Origin: Oikopleura dioica | Taxonomy: Eukaryota; Animalia; Chordata | Direction of reading: 5' to 3' | Assembly: GCA_907165135.1 (NCBI GenBank) | Contig: OU015567.1 | Location: 2,046,001-2,110,000, forward strand | Length of the DNA: 64,000 bases | Shown: in pieces, positions 50,462 through 62,800 of the stretch | Layout of the letters: the number at the start of each line of letters is the position of its first letter | How positions within the stretch are numbered: position 1 is the first letter of the stretch | Notes under the pieces: model-generated | Told to the model about the DNA's origin: nothing | The model's database searches: none | The model's input: only the letters and a program-made list of their open reading frames with translations | Position numbers and translations under genes: made by a program

Positions 50462-52814
50462 TTAGACGCAGAAGTCAGGAAGAGCTTGAAAAATGACAGG
50501 TGTTTTGGCAAAAAAATCGTGTTCGCCGATTACTTGTACATCGATTATTTCGTCGCTGGTTGTTGTAATTCTTTCCACTGGGTACACGCCATTGGAAGCC
50601 GATTTATAACCGGAGATGATAAAGATGAAGCCGTCGATGTTCAATGCCGAGCCGAAGTAGCAGAACTGATATTAAGAAAAAAATAGACATGATTATTTTC
50701 ACCTCGTTAAGGGACCCAACCATTCTCCAAATTTCATTTTTCAGACGCCAGATCTCCCGGCTGTATTGTCTTTCTTCATTGTCGAAGCCACCAACCATCA
50801 TCAACACTCCATTTTTCACTCCGGTAAGAGTATGCCCGTCTATTTTTCTTTGAAACTTAAATTTAACGATGAAAAATTCGGTAACTGATCACCTCGGATG
50901 ATCAGGTAAGCTTTCCCATCCAGAAGAAGCGTAGGTTTCCACTTTTTGATATCCGTCGCGGAGATAACTCGAGACTGTAGTTGGCCGTCCTTTGTAGTGT
51001 CCAAGGCTGCCAAATTGATGCGGGAATTCGGTCGAGTGTGTGGATATTGAGGCGGTTCCATTGAACAACTCGCAATTTTTGTAGAAGAGATTGTAATTGA
51101 AGCAGATGAGCGCTTAAAATAAAGAAACGGACAAAGAAAAAATAAGCAAACCTTGATCTCCGTGATGAATAGCAATTGCAGAATGGCCAGTTCGGAACTC
51201 ATTGATCAGTCGAACAGGGTGCTCATTAAATCTACAATTTTCAAGTTTCGCGACCTGAAATAAATCGTCCTATTTAGAAATTTTCGCAACATTATTTTTG
51301 CCTTTTGAAAATCAGTTTGGCCGCCAAAAATGTACATTTCTCCCTTCACAAGAGAAAATGCGCTGTTTTTTGCATAGCTGTCGTGAGAGGCGTCAATAAA
51401 GGCCGAATTCTTCGTTGCTCCATCGCCGGAAAAGATGAAAGAGTCCGTCAAATCATCCCAGCCAAGAACGAGAATCCTCACATCATTCTGATCAGTAAAT
51501 CTCTGAGAGAAAAATTTTAATTTACCAATTCTGACAGAGCAGTAGTTGTAGGTGTTCTAGCAGTAGTTGTTGTTGAATGCTAAGTTTATTACTCATGGAA
51601 AGTTTAAAAAAATCAAAGATAGATTACCTCCACACAAGGACACTCATTTATTTCGTTTGAGAAGAGGATATTGCATTCTCCGAAGCAATAAGAGTCTGGT
51701 GGACAATTTCGAACACACTGTGCCTGAAAGAATAAAAATTCAAGGGACCCCAGTTGGCCTTTTTTCTTTGAAAAATCTCAATTTGGAGAATGCCATTCTT
51801 TGTTTTTGAGTAAAATTTACTTCTAAACAAATAAATTTTGAAAATTTTTATATTAAGATCTTGTTTGAAAAATCGAGGAGTAGCGTACACAATGCTGTTT
51901 GCTAGAAAAGCGTTCTCACTTGACTGATTTCGGTCGATTACGTCAAAATCAAATAGGACCATCATCTTGACACACTTTTCCAGAAATATTTCTTTCTCCC
52001 AAGACGCCCTTTCGCCGCAAACACCCAGCAAATGTCAACAATCCAGTAATGGGACATGTTTTCAAGTTTGACCCATTTAACAAAGCCTTATGCCCTTCGA
52101 TCGGGCAAAGTTAAAAGTGAACGTTTTTTTCTAAAGCTTAATAAATTATATACATACTTGATTTTCAAGGGCATTCTCTCGGCAACTCATGTATTCTTGA
52201 TTTTCACTTTCCGCTCTCCTGCATTCGCCGAGACAAATTTCATTTGCACATTCAGTGCATCCGCTTTGACAGTACTCACCGCAGGGGCAGAGAGCGGTGC
52301 ATTCTGAAATCTGTAAGAAAAAAAATTCATGATTTTTTACCTCCGAATTCTAAAACGCAGCCCGAATCACAAGAAGCCGTCTCGCAATCGGCCTTGCATT
52401 GCAAGTAGCTTACTCGACAGAGACCGTAGCATTCATCGTATAGCTCCTTGTCGCTTTAAAAAAGAGTTATCTCATCTCAGTCTTCTTTAAAAATGCGCTT
52501 CATTTACAGTGGTGTGTGAAGTGGCTGCACCCTTACCGAGTGCTTCGTTGCTGCACCCCTGACCCGCACTTTTTCTATTGTTTTTTTCTAGAAGTAGCAA
52601 AAGTGAGTGCTGCGTTTCTGCACCTTTTACCCGCTGTCTAGGGGTGCAGGCTGCACCGTGCAGCAACTCCACACACCACTGTAAGAAGAAAGCACACATC
52701 TTCAGTAAAGCCGTGAAACTCAACTTACATGCACTCCTCTAAACCTGTTCCATAATTGATTTGAGAGGCGAATCCGGAAATTTGAAAATCCAGCAAAAGA
52801 AGTGAAAAAATCAT
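50462..52814 (-). CDS. Secreted Cys-rich protein with kelch-like C-terminal repeats
   Basis: Signal-like MIFSLLLLDFQISGFA (ATG 52814); ECYGLCRVSYLQCKADCETASCDSGCVLEFG|ECTALCPC; kelch-like FSLVKGEMYIFGG and LMMVGGFD...IWRL; stop near 50462. Middle exons unresolved. Confidence 0.6.
52507..52681. mobile_element. Tc1/mariner-type MITE, intronic
   Basis: TA|cagtggtgtgtgaagtggctgcac ... gtgcagcaactccacacaccactg|TA. Confidence 0.85.
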
Positions 52815-53169
52815 TCTTTGAAAAAGTGTCAAAAAAATTCAGCGTCCGCAGTTATTTAAAATACCCTTTAATGAAAAACAAATATTAAGGCTGCCTGATT
52901 TTTTTCAGTCTATTTCTTGCTATTCTGGCGTTCTACGGCCTTGCGAAATAATCGAGAACTGGGTCATCTTTTAAATTTTGACCCAATTTTGGTTTTGAAA
53001 TTCCTAATTGTTTGGCTTCAATCAATAGCCGAATAAAATCTGGAAAAGCGGCTGTGTCTAGATTTTTTCTGCTTTTTGAAGGCAAATATTTACAGCAGAA
53101 TATAAAATGCTGATTCTGGAGATTTTTACCAATTAAAATAAATCAGTAAGCATCATTTTTTTTCTAAAA

Positions 53170-55360
53170 ATGTTTTCGAAAAGATTCATTGATGAGTACA
53201 ACAAAATTCGGTGGGAGGATGGCAATGAAAACTTCAATCGGCATTCAGGAATGTGATTTTTTGATTTATCGCTCAAAATGAGAATTTTTAAACTTTGAAA
53301 ACCATCGACCAGGCGAGCCGAACGTTACCAACCTGCCAAATTTATTCAATGCTGACTTCAAGAGCTCAATTACTTTCGCTCGAATTTTCCAGCGCTGGAT
53401 TAAGCCAATCGCAGCGGAATTCATCGCAACGTTTATGCTTGTCTTTTGGGCTTGCATGCTTCAGCCGGGAAACGCTCGTCTAAATTACCAATTGCTAATG
53501 CATAACCAATTTTGGTAATCCATTACAGTGGGTTGCGCAGTTGGTTGCCCCTTTGCGATTGCAGCTTTGGTTGCCTCTTTGCCCGCGCTTTTTCTATTGT
53601 TCCTTTCTAGACTCGCTCAAAGTGCTTGCAGGATTTGTTGATCCTTCACCCGCTCTTTAGGGGGCAACTACCTGCGCAACCCACTGTACCAATTTTTGAT
53701 AATACATCACCAAACTTCCCGAAAAAGGCCAATTTCGTTTAGTGAGAGAGTCTGTGTGCGCTCGTTGCCTGTTTGATAGGTTAAGTTTGGGAGTGATTTA
53801 CTCATTTTTCGACAAAAAAGTCGAAGTCAATAAAAAATTGGTAATGGATTATCAACTTTTGGTAATGCATTACCAAAATCTTTGGTTATTTAGACGAGCG
53901 TCCCCGCTTCAGCCGAGCTCGCCCGAAAACACTTCTGATCCGGCCTGGCCGTTGATTGCTGCTCTTGCAGCTGGAATCAATCTGATCATTATCATCACAA
54001 TGTTTTGGGAGATTTGCATTATTCAGTTCAATCCCTGCATAACTGTGGCTCTTTGCCTCGCTGGCTCAATCCCGTGGCGAGTTTGCCTGCCAAACATTAT
54101 CCTCCCGGCAAAGTGACATTTCCAGGAAACAACATGCTATCCCGCCTTTGTCACTCACTATCAAGGGAGTGGTGGTCGAGATTGAGACCCGGTTTTTCTA
54201 AAAATTTAAGTATTCCTTTTGTCGGGCAGTTTTTTTTCACGAATGAAAAAAAAATGGTTTGTATCTTTTTTCGTATTAAAGGTGGTTTTGGATCAAAATG
54301 AACCCTTATTCTCGACCACCCTTACCCCCGTCATTTTTTTCGACAAAAGCTTACGAATTATGGCTACTTAGTGTACCTTGTGGCTTAATTCGTCATTCGA
54401 ATTTGTAAAAAGCAAGTTTCGCCAAGAAAAATCTGATTTTCTTTCACAATAAGGCCATTTTCGTCATTTTTCGGCGTTAAGTCGAATTTTCATACGCGAT
54501 TGTAAGGGTTAAAGGCAGAGTTCCAAAAATCGCACGTACGCACGCGTGTTTTTGAACTCTGGTGTTAGGGTTGAGATAGACCCGCAAAAAATGAAGCGTC
54601 ACAATCTTTTTTTTTTTTGCCCGTAGAATCCATTTTCGGGCTCAAAATTTTGAAATTCCGAATATCGATTTTTCGAAGATTGATGACAGGGGATCCTTAA
54701 GAAAAAAAAAATCAACATTCGGAATTTTTTTTTCGTAATTTCGGCACTGATATAAGGGCAAGTAAGGTACTGTGATAGCGGGGTTCGTCTGAAAATGTCA
54801 CTCTTTCCAATTTTCCAATGCTTTGGGGCGTATCTCGCAGCCTTGTTGGCTTCCAATCTCCGTGGCTCGCCTGTTGGGATGATACCAATCACAGAAGAAT
54901 CAGATCTGCATGCAATTTTCTGGGCAGAATTTTGGTTTACCTTTATGATGGCGCTAACAGCGTTAATGGCGATTATGGACCCAGGCTATTTTCATTCGCT
55001 GACGCCAGTCGCCATCGGATTGACTGTTACACAAGGAGTATTCGGGGGATGGTTCCTTGGAGCTGGGTGTATGAACCCTGCGAGGTACTTTCTTTTAAGG
55101 TCTTGAGCGCGAGTTTTGATTTGCATTTCAGAATTTTCGGACCAGCTCTTGTTTCGTTGAACTTCGACTATCACTGGGTTTGGTGGCTGTCGGAGATTCT
55201 TGGAGCATCTTTTGCAGTTCTTGTGGAATCTCTTTTCTTTGCGCCGATTAAAATCAGCGAAGCGAGCGAAAAATCGAACCTTATTTGGTGGCGAGCGTTA
55301 ATGATGATTTTCAGAAAAAAATACGAGTCTTTTGGAGATAACGTTGAACTTGCGCTGTAA
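53170..55360 (+). CDS. AQP8: AQP8-like aquaporin with NPC/NPA motifs; TM3 exon interrupted by a TIR element
   Basis: IAAEFIATFMLVFWAC; QFNPCITVALCL; AEFWFTFMMALTALM; GCMNPAR|IFGPALV...HWVWW (AQP8-type GCMNPAR.FGPA); stop at 55360. Confidence 0.8.
53526..53686. mobile_element. Tc1/mariner-type MITE, intronic, related to 52507-52681
   Basis: TA|cagtgggttgcgcagttggttgcccc ... ggggcaactacctgcgcaacccactg|TA; shared core cccgc.ctttttctattg...ctaga...aaagtg. Confidence 0.85.
54106..54808. mobile_element. Old TIR element with nested MITE fragments, inside the aquaporin coding sequence
   Basis: TIR ggcaaagtgacatttccag versus reverse complement of ctgaaaatgtcactctttcc; degenerate 8-bp TSD tatcctcc / aattttcc; removing it restores PNII(L/F)QCFGAYL. 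Confidence 0.7.
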
Positions 55361-55739
55361 CCACCTGCTATCATTTTTTAAATATCAATGCTAGTCGAAT
55401 TTTATTTCGTTTTTTTATTGGCGAAATAAATTATTTTTGAAGGGTCTTAAGAATACTGAATAACTTTGGACGTGGAAAAGAATATTTTTTACTTTGAAAC
55501 TATTCGGATCGTAGTGGCCATGGCGCTTGATTTGGTTCAAAACGCGAATCAGCATGTCTTGCTCGTTTTTTACTCGTTTGGCTCGTTTTTCGCTTGGTCA
55601 GATGCTGTTGCAAAACAGCTAAAATCGAGAAAGTAAAATAATTCTTGGGCGACTTTTTGACTAACCACAAGTCATATTGTATGCCTGAGAAGACCGGTAT
55701 CCAGCAAGATTGTGCAGGATATGCAGGAAAAATAAAAAA

Positions 55740-56012
55740 AATAAATTCTTTGTCTTGTTCTCAACTTCTCATAAATCACTTCAAATCAAAGCCAGATTCT
55801 GAAATGGCTGCGATAGCTTATTTGAAAGAAATTCGGCGAAAGTTTATTTCGATGGCCGAGAAAATTTTAATTTTATTTGTATATAAAAAGATTTCAGTCT
55901 CCGCGAAAAACAAGAGGGTAACTGTAAATGATTGCGGAAACTCGTTATTTTGATGATTAAGACCTGAGTAAAAATTGTCAAAAATCCGAGAAGATACCAG
56001 ACAAAAAGCCGA
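55740..56012. repeat. ~270-bp partial duplicate of 58745-59025
   Basis: aattctttgtcttgttctca.cttctcataaatcacttcaaatcaaagccagattctgaaatggctgcg...gacctgagtaaaaattgtcaaaaatccgagaag is present at both positions. Confidence 0.85.
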
Positions 56013-56386
56013 CGTTGCGAAACTGCCGACTCCCAGAAAATGTACGCATCTATATATTTACCGGCCGTGCTGCAATTTAAATATGCTCCGTTTGATCACC
56101 AATCATAGATTCCCAATATTATCTACGTCTTCGAAGAAAAAAATCTGCATTTCAAGTGTTTTGTTATATTATATGACTTATATACAGTGTATATAATACA
56201 TTCTACATAAAATAGAAACATATTACGAATAAAGATAACTATATTTTCAATAAATGTTCGATTGAGGTTCAAGAATCATCAAAAGCGGAGTTGTCTTTTT
56301 CAAATTGCTTTTGGCAGAAAATTATTATGACAACAGATGCATGACAGGAATGATGGATGTTTTGATGTTTAATGATGGGTTGATTC

Positions 56387-57807
56387 TCAGGAAGATTTTC
56401 TATGCAAGCAGATTGCAAATGCACTATGTTCAAAAAGGTGAAAAATTCAACAAAACTGAGAAGATGCTTACTTCATTCCGAATTTTCGACCAAGATGAAG
56501 CTTGTTCAAGTAATAATATACACCGAGGAGGCGGTTGGGATTGTTTTCGCACCATGGAATGCCAATTTCTTCGCTGTACTCATCTAAGAATAAATAAAGA
56601 CAAGCTTGCCTGAATGAGCTAAATTTGTACCTGCAAGATAAGCAGTGAGAATCAGAGGACTAAAGGATGTTCTTTTTGCAGTTCGTTTCCACTAAGAAGG
56701 CATCTCATTTATATGAAATTCAAAAGCTTCTACAGATATGAATCGAGCGCCTTTCTTGGAACCTTCCATGATATCCGGAAGATTGTCTTCTTTCCATAAT
56801 TGATGATCCTCCAGAAACGACGCATTCAGCTAGTAGGATGTTTTTGAGCTGACGGCTTAAATGCAAGAAGGAATACCTTTAACAAATCGCATTTCACCTT
56901 CTTTTCAATATGAATTACGACTTTGCCGCCGTCGAAAACGTTATCAGCACAGATATATTCAACTTCTTTTCCTTCCGGAGTACCAATGGCACTATTTTTC
57001 AAGCAGTCTGTAACTGAGTCAGTTGGCAAGTTTTCATCATAGACCTCTTGATTGCACTCTCTACAGAGAAAAATATGATCTTTTGTTAGTTTTGCTTTGT
57101 CGAGATCGGGTTGAATTGATTTCCGAATGTCTTCGTTGATTTCAATAAACTCAAACTCTGATGTGTACTCTGCGTAGATCCAGTATTTGTAAGTTGCGAT
57201 ACGAACGAACTCTGTGACTGGGCTTTGCAACCTGTGAAAGAGTACTGAAATTTATTCAGTCTCAGGATTTTACACAGGCTTTCGAGCCCAGCTCTGGAAC
57301 TGGCATGATTTGACTGGTCTTTTTGTGGAGCAAGGTTGTATTTCGATCCCCGCAGAAAGATTTCGCCCCGTCGTATGCTTTAGAAAAATCATAATTTGAG
57401 GCAAGATGGATTGCTAGTTACATAATCGAGAGGTAGAAATCAATGCTGGCCAGGATTTTCCGTCGATAAAAGCCTCAATTTCCACCGATTCAGTCAAATT
57501 CTTGTAATAGTCATCAAAAAGCTTCGCTTGACTATCACTTAATGGCATTGGCCTGAAGTGGGGCTCCTCGTATCCTTCTTCTCCTTCATCTGGTGAATCT
57601 TTACAGTCGTCTTTAGGGGCATCTTTAATAGATATAATCATGCGGACGCAAAATTCTAGGACTTACTGATTTTCCGAAAAACAAGGATAAGAGGCCAAGT
57701 AGCAATTCCAGCACTAAAAAGGCTCTCATTTTCTCTGAAAAAAAAGCAATCAAATCAAACCAAAGCAAAATGGCGATGAAAACATAAATTTTCTTCTTCT
57801 TGTCCAT
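56387..57807 (-). CDS. Copy 2 (apparently intact) of the duplicated uncharacterised type II membrane/secreted protein
   Basis: MDKKKKIYVFIAILL|CAGIATWPLILVFRKI|NAPKDD...EPHFRPMPLSDSQAKLFDDYYKNLTESVEIEAF...|...|QSPVTEFVRIATYKYWIY...|...|DEYSEEIGIPWC...FGM|NAFAICLHRKSS*; splice phases are compatible. Confidence 0.7.
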
Positions 57808-58099
57808 ATTTTGTGAAGAGGAAAAGATTAAGTTTGAAGGTCTACTTTTGACAAAGTTGTGCTCACTCTTCCGATGAAAACATATGTTTTTAGAGTCCCT
57901 TCCTCGCTTTGTATATAAAATTGTTTTTTGGTAGATGAATCATCTAAGATGATTTTTAAAAGATTATCTTTTTATTTATAAGAATATACTTTAATTCAAG
58001 ATTTATAAATAAGTGCTTTTGAAAGGGGAGGAAATTGATATTTGATAGAAAAATTAGCGTCAAAGTGTGTGATTGACAAAATTTGACACAATCTAATTA

Positions 58100-59240
58100 T
58101 CACATTCCCAAAACTTCAGCAGCTCATAAAATTCAATTTTCATCGTGTTTTTTGAAAGGACGGCGGAGGATGAGACGAAAAATTTGTGTGTTGAGGAACC
58201 AGACAAGTTCAAGATTTGGCGAGCTGCCACGGAAAAGTCAACAGGTCCTTATAAACAATTAATCAAAACGCATTAAAATCTTTGATTCATTTGACCGAAA
58301 CTTTTTTTCGGAATCCGATCGGGGTAAATTATTGCTCTCGTGACACAATTTTTAATAGAAAGTTCACTGAAAAACCTGGCAAAAAAAAATGCAGAGGCAG
58401 GTCAAGTTTAATTTCGTTGATGTCAATTGTGAACTTATACAACATGATCCAATCAATTGATTAATCAAAAAGGGGCGATTTATGGGCACATGCACCGGCC
58501 ATGATTTCTTCCCAGCTTTTTGTTCGAAGCTCGTCCTTTTTTTTATAAAAAGAGAGATGACATCCTTCCGAAGATGCACCTTGAGTTCCTTTGAGATTCT
58601 TCAGGTGCGAAGCAAAATTAAATTTTAGCAAAAATGAGGGATTAGGGCTAGAGTAATCGCCAGTCATCGTAGAAGAAGACTTTTTCGATGATTCATGAAC
58701 CATGATATTTAGACGGTGACACCCTTATTTTTCCGGGAGAAAGTTCAATTCTTTGTCTTGTTCTCACCTTCTCATAAATCACTTCAAATCAAAGCCAGAT
58801 TCTGAAATGGCTGCGACGGCTTATTTGAAAGAAATTTGGCGAAAGTTCAGTCCGATGGCCGAGAAAATTTTCAATTTTATTTTGTATAGAAAAAGATATC
58901 TGTCTCCTGGTTCCTCGAATCGCGAAAAACAAGAGGGTTACTGTAAATGATTGCGGAAACTCGTTATTCTGATGATTAAGACCTGAGTAAAAATTGTCAA
59001 AAATCCGAGAAGGTACCAGACAAAAAGGAAGAGGGCAATTAAGGTGGTCCACATAATTAAAGGTTTTGTCATCGGCCGGCATGTACGTAGAGTGATTTCT
59101 CACACAAGTGTAAATAAAGAACTCGACGCGCTCCTCAAGATAGCTCGGACAGGACGGAATAGTTTCGCGAGGACGCTCAACCCAGAAACTCACTTTCGAA
59201 GAATCCGACAAATATTTTTCGAAATTATTTTTTTTTCTTC
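58100..59240 (-). CDS. Possible uncharacterised protein
   Basis: Exon-like ORFs 58789-59211 and 58461-58703; no family recognised. Confidence 0.3.
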
Positions 59241-59899
59241 ATTTTCAACTGAGAAAAAAACCGAGCGATCTTAGAATTTCAGAAATAGAGATACAACTCT
59301 TCCAATTTGATACTTCTTCGAAAGACAATACAGGTACTAAAATAGCCGATTAGCGAGGGGATTCTTAAGGGTATCCCTCTTTATATTTTCTAAATATTTT
59401 CGCACTCTATCGCGTTCAAGAGCGATTATTACTCATTTTATTTCGTCTAGTTCAGCCAAGGTTTTTTGAAGGCTCGAAAAAAAGGCTCGCTGGACGTGCA
59501 AAGCTTGGTGTTAAATTCACCCCCAAGGCGAGGCCACTTTTGCCTTTAGCGAGAGTTTTTTTCTCGCCCGTTTAGGACGAGAGAGGGGTTGTGTCCGAAA
59601 GTAACGTTTTTGCCGATTCAGATATTTTGATACACAGAAGAAATTTATGAGAGATTTCATCCGATGAAGGAAAAGGTCAAATTCATCTTCAATTAATTTT
59701 CAATAAGGTTTAGTTCCTGCATTTTTGAAAATAATATATTTTAATTTATTTGATTACCAAAAATTTTGGTACAGCAAAATTGTCAAATTAAGCTTTTTAA
59801 CCATCAAATAATCGAATTTACGTCTTGATAAGTGATTTTTCAAAGAGAGGAGAAAATCTTTTTTCTTCCTTGATTTCAATATTTGACCTTTGAAACCAG

Positions 59900-62800
59900 T
59901 TAGTTAAAATTTTCGGCCTTGTTGGGCTCAGTTCTGGGGAAGACTATCGGAGCGATGAGCGAAACAACCTTCCAGGTAATCTTTTATTGAAAAAAGAGCA
60001 TGAAAAAGATCGATTTGAAAGATAGAATTTCGATTCTAACAGTAATCGCCTGCATGCGTAAGTCTGCATGTTACTACGTAATCTGTTCTAGGTCCATTTG
60101 GGCGTCTAGCCCGGCGGAACGTGCCGTGCCAGTGGGCCGGTTGGTGCGATTGGTCGCCCTGTGGCGCCTCGTGCGGAAAGAACGCCGTGCAATCCCGCAC
60201 GCGCGAGTGCATCTGCGACGGGCTGATAGATCCAGCCTCGCGCGGGTGCATCGGCGAGGCCCACGAGGGAAAGCCCTGCGGCGATATCGAGTGCCCGGAG
60301 GAAAAAGACGGTTAGTCGCGGGGCACAAAAATCATAAAATCCACGAAAATTTCCATTTAAAATCTCATTTGAAAAATATTCAATAGTTCTTCGGTCCCAG
60401 TCAGTTTATTCGGAAAAAAATGAACAAAAAATCATCATTGTTTCATAGAAAAATCATGCTGGACTGATTGGAGCGCCTGGGGCGAGTGCTGCGGCGGCGA
60501 TTGTGGCGGGGGTGAACGCTCCCGTTCGCGCGCGTGCACTTGCGGCCCGCCAGGGTGCACGAATTGCCCCGGCGACGATACTGAGTACGAGCCATGTCCA
60601 GAGCTCAGTAAGCAAGAGTGGCTTTAGTGGTCTTTTTTTTTTGAGTTAATTGTTTTTTTTTTGAAAAGCCTTTTTTATGATTTGCTTACTTCGTAATACA
60701 GTATTACTAATACTAAGTCATCTGATTCAGATTCTGAATGTATCTTTATCATCTCATTAACAAACCTAACCCTAACCCCTTCCGATTAATCCTAACCAGA
60801 AAAATAATCGGTCGCTCAGAATGCCCGACAGGCGACTGGATGCCATGGTCGGAATGTTCAGCAACTTGCGGCGACGGGTCAAGATCGAGAAGTCGAGATT
60901 GCGTTTGCCCAGGTATTCAAGTCCCGTTTCAACCTTTTTCTATTATTCTAAGACGGCAAATCACCAGATGAATGCGGCGGCTGTGGCGACGAACTTTTGA
61001 GCGAGGACGAGCCATGCAACAATGGCGTTTGTCCATCAGGTAATTCAGCGTCTTACCAAGTTTTTTTCTCTGATTTGAAATTAACATCTTGCTTGAATGT
61101 TTGCTTTAATCTGTTGTGCATGCCGTGCTCTAACCAATTAACCGAATAGCTTGCGTTTGGGATGGATGGAGCACCTGGTCCGAGTGCACCGCTTCTTGCG
61201 GGCCGGGCAATCAAATCCGCAAAAGAGATTTTCCTCCAGGTAAATTTCGATGTCTTCGCAACTTCAGAACTTGCAATTCTCCTCTTAGGTTGCGATGATT
61301 ACGTAACTGGAGACAACATAGAAGCGAGATCCTGCGAAAAAATGCCCTGCGAAACACTGTATATTGGAAGCACTGGAAAAGGAATTCTAGAAGCAGGGAA
61401 AGGCTCAAGAATAAGAATTTTGCTTTGCTGAACTCAAAACTAGCTGATAAGCCATTTTGGCCACCCCTCACGGTCAACGCAATTTGACAAGTGTAACTCT
61501 TCAATTTTTAAATCTCGTTTATCGTTCTCTTAAAATTCTAGAGCTTCAAAACAGGACATGGTGACATGCCACCACCAGAACCAATTGGTACTGGATTTTA
61601 ACCCAGACTCACCACATCCAATTACAGTCTCTTCATTACCGAATATCGGGCCGAAAACCAGGATCGTTCAACAAAAGTCGTTAAACCATCCGAACTACTG
61701 TAACAGTACCTAACCGATAAGCTCAAATCAGCATAACTACCAGCATCTAACTCAGCATTTGCACTTTAGTCTCTTACATCGACTTTTCTGTCAACGATGA
61801 TAGTGATTATTGGCCGGCGGCAGAGTCATACGACGCTTCCGGTGACTTGCCCTGGACTGGTGGCGAGTTTGATTACTCCTCTGGAGATGGTCCTTCTTTG
61901 CGGCCTGATTACAATGTTTATCCGGATGGAAGTGAAGTTCCGATGCCGGACGAAAACTATCCTGACATTGATGAAACCTTCGACATTAATGTTTCTTCCG
62001 AAATCGAAGTCGTTACGACGAGTAGTCCACAATCAGAAGATGTCGATCCCATTATATTCGACAGCGGCAGTATATTTACGACAGCAAACTACTATTATGG
62101 TGGTGAATCTGAAACTGTTGCTCCTATTGTCGAAGAACCAGAGCCCAACGAAACGACCTCAACGACAAGTACAACTAGAACATCGACAGCAACAACCACA
62201 ACCACAGAAAAAACAACAACATCAACAACTTCTTCTGCTTCGACGACAACAACTCCAAAGAAAACAACCGCCTCAGTTATCGAAGAAATTGATGCGGACG
62301 AGACAGAAGCTGAAGATACATTCAGTAGCTCAAGCTCATCCTCGATCTCATCATCCTCGGAATCATCGACAAGCGAAAGCTCTCAACCTTGCGAATGTTC
62401 TGAAGAGTCTTCTTCTCCTTGTAGCTGCGTTTCTGAGTTCATTGAAGAACCAGACCCAGACCATTCGGCTCCGATTCTTGACTGTGATATCCTCAGTGGT
62501 GAGCGATGTGCCCCTGAGACGACAACGGAGATTCCAGAAATCGAGACAACACCAGAAGACCTTGAAGCGACCACTGAAAGCTCTCCAGATTATTACACAG
62601 CCACAGAAGTGATTTGTAACACAACTGAAATTGAGGAAATCGATGAAACCACAATGGAACTCGCTATCGAGACCACTCCCGAACCTCTGATCGAGACGAC
62701 GACGAAAGAATCAGGTCCTGATTTCATTACAGTTCTCGATTGCAACACCACGGAATCTCCTGAGAATCCAGTTACAACACCGATGACAATTGAGACCACA

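Noticed and set aside
60763-60780. Telomere-like cctaaccctaaccc
   Set aside because: Only about 2 units inside an intron; expected by chance.
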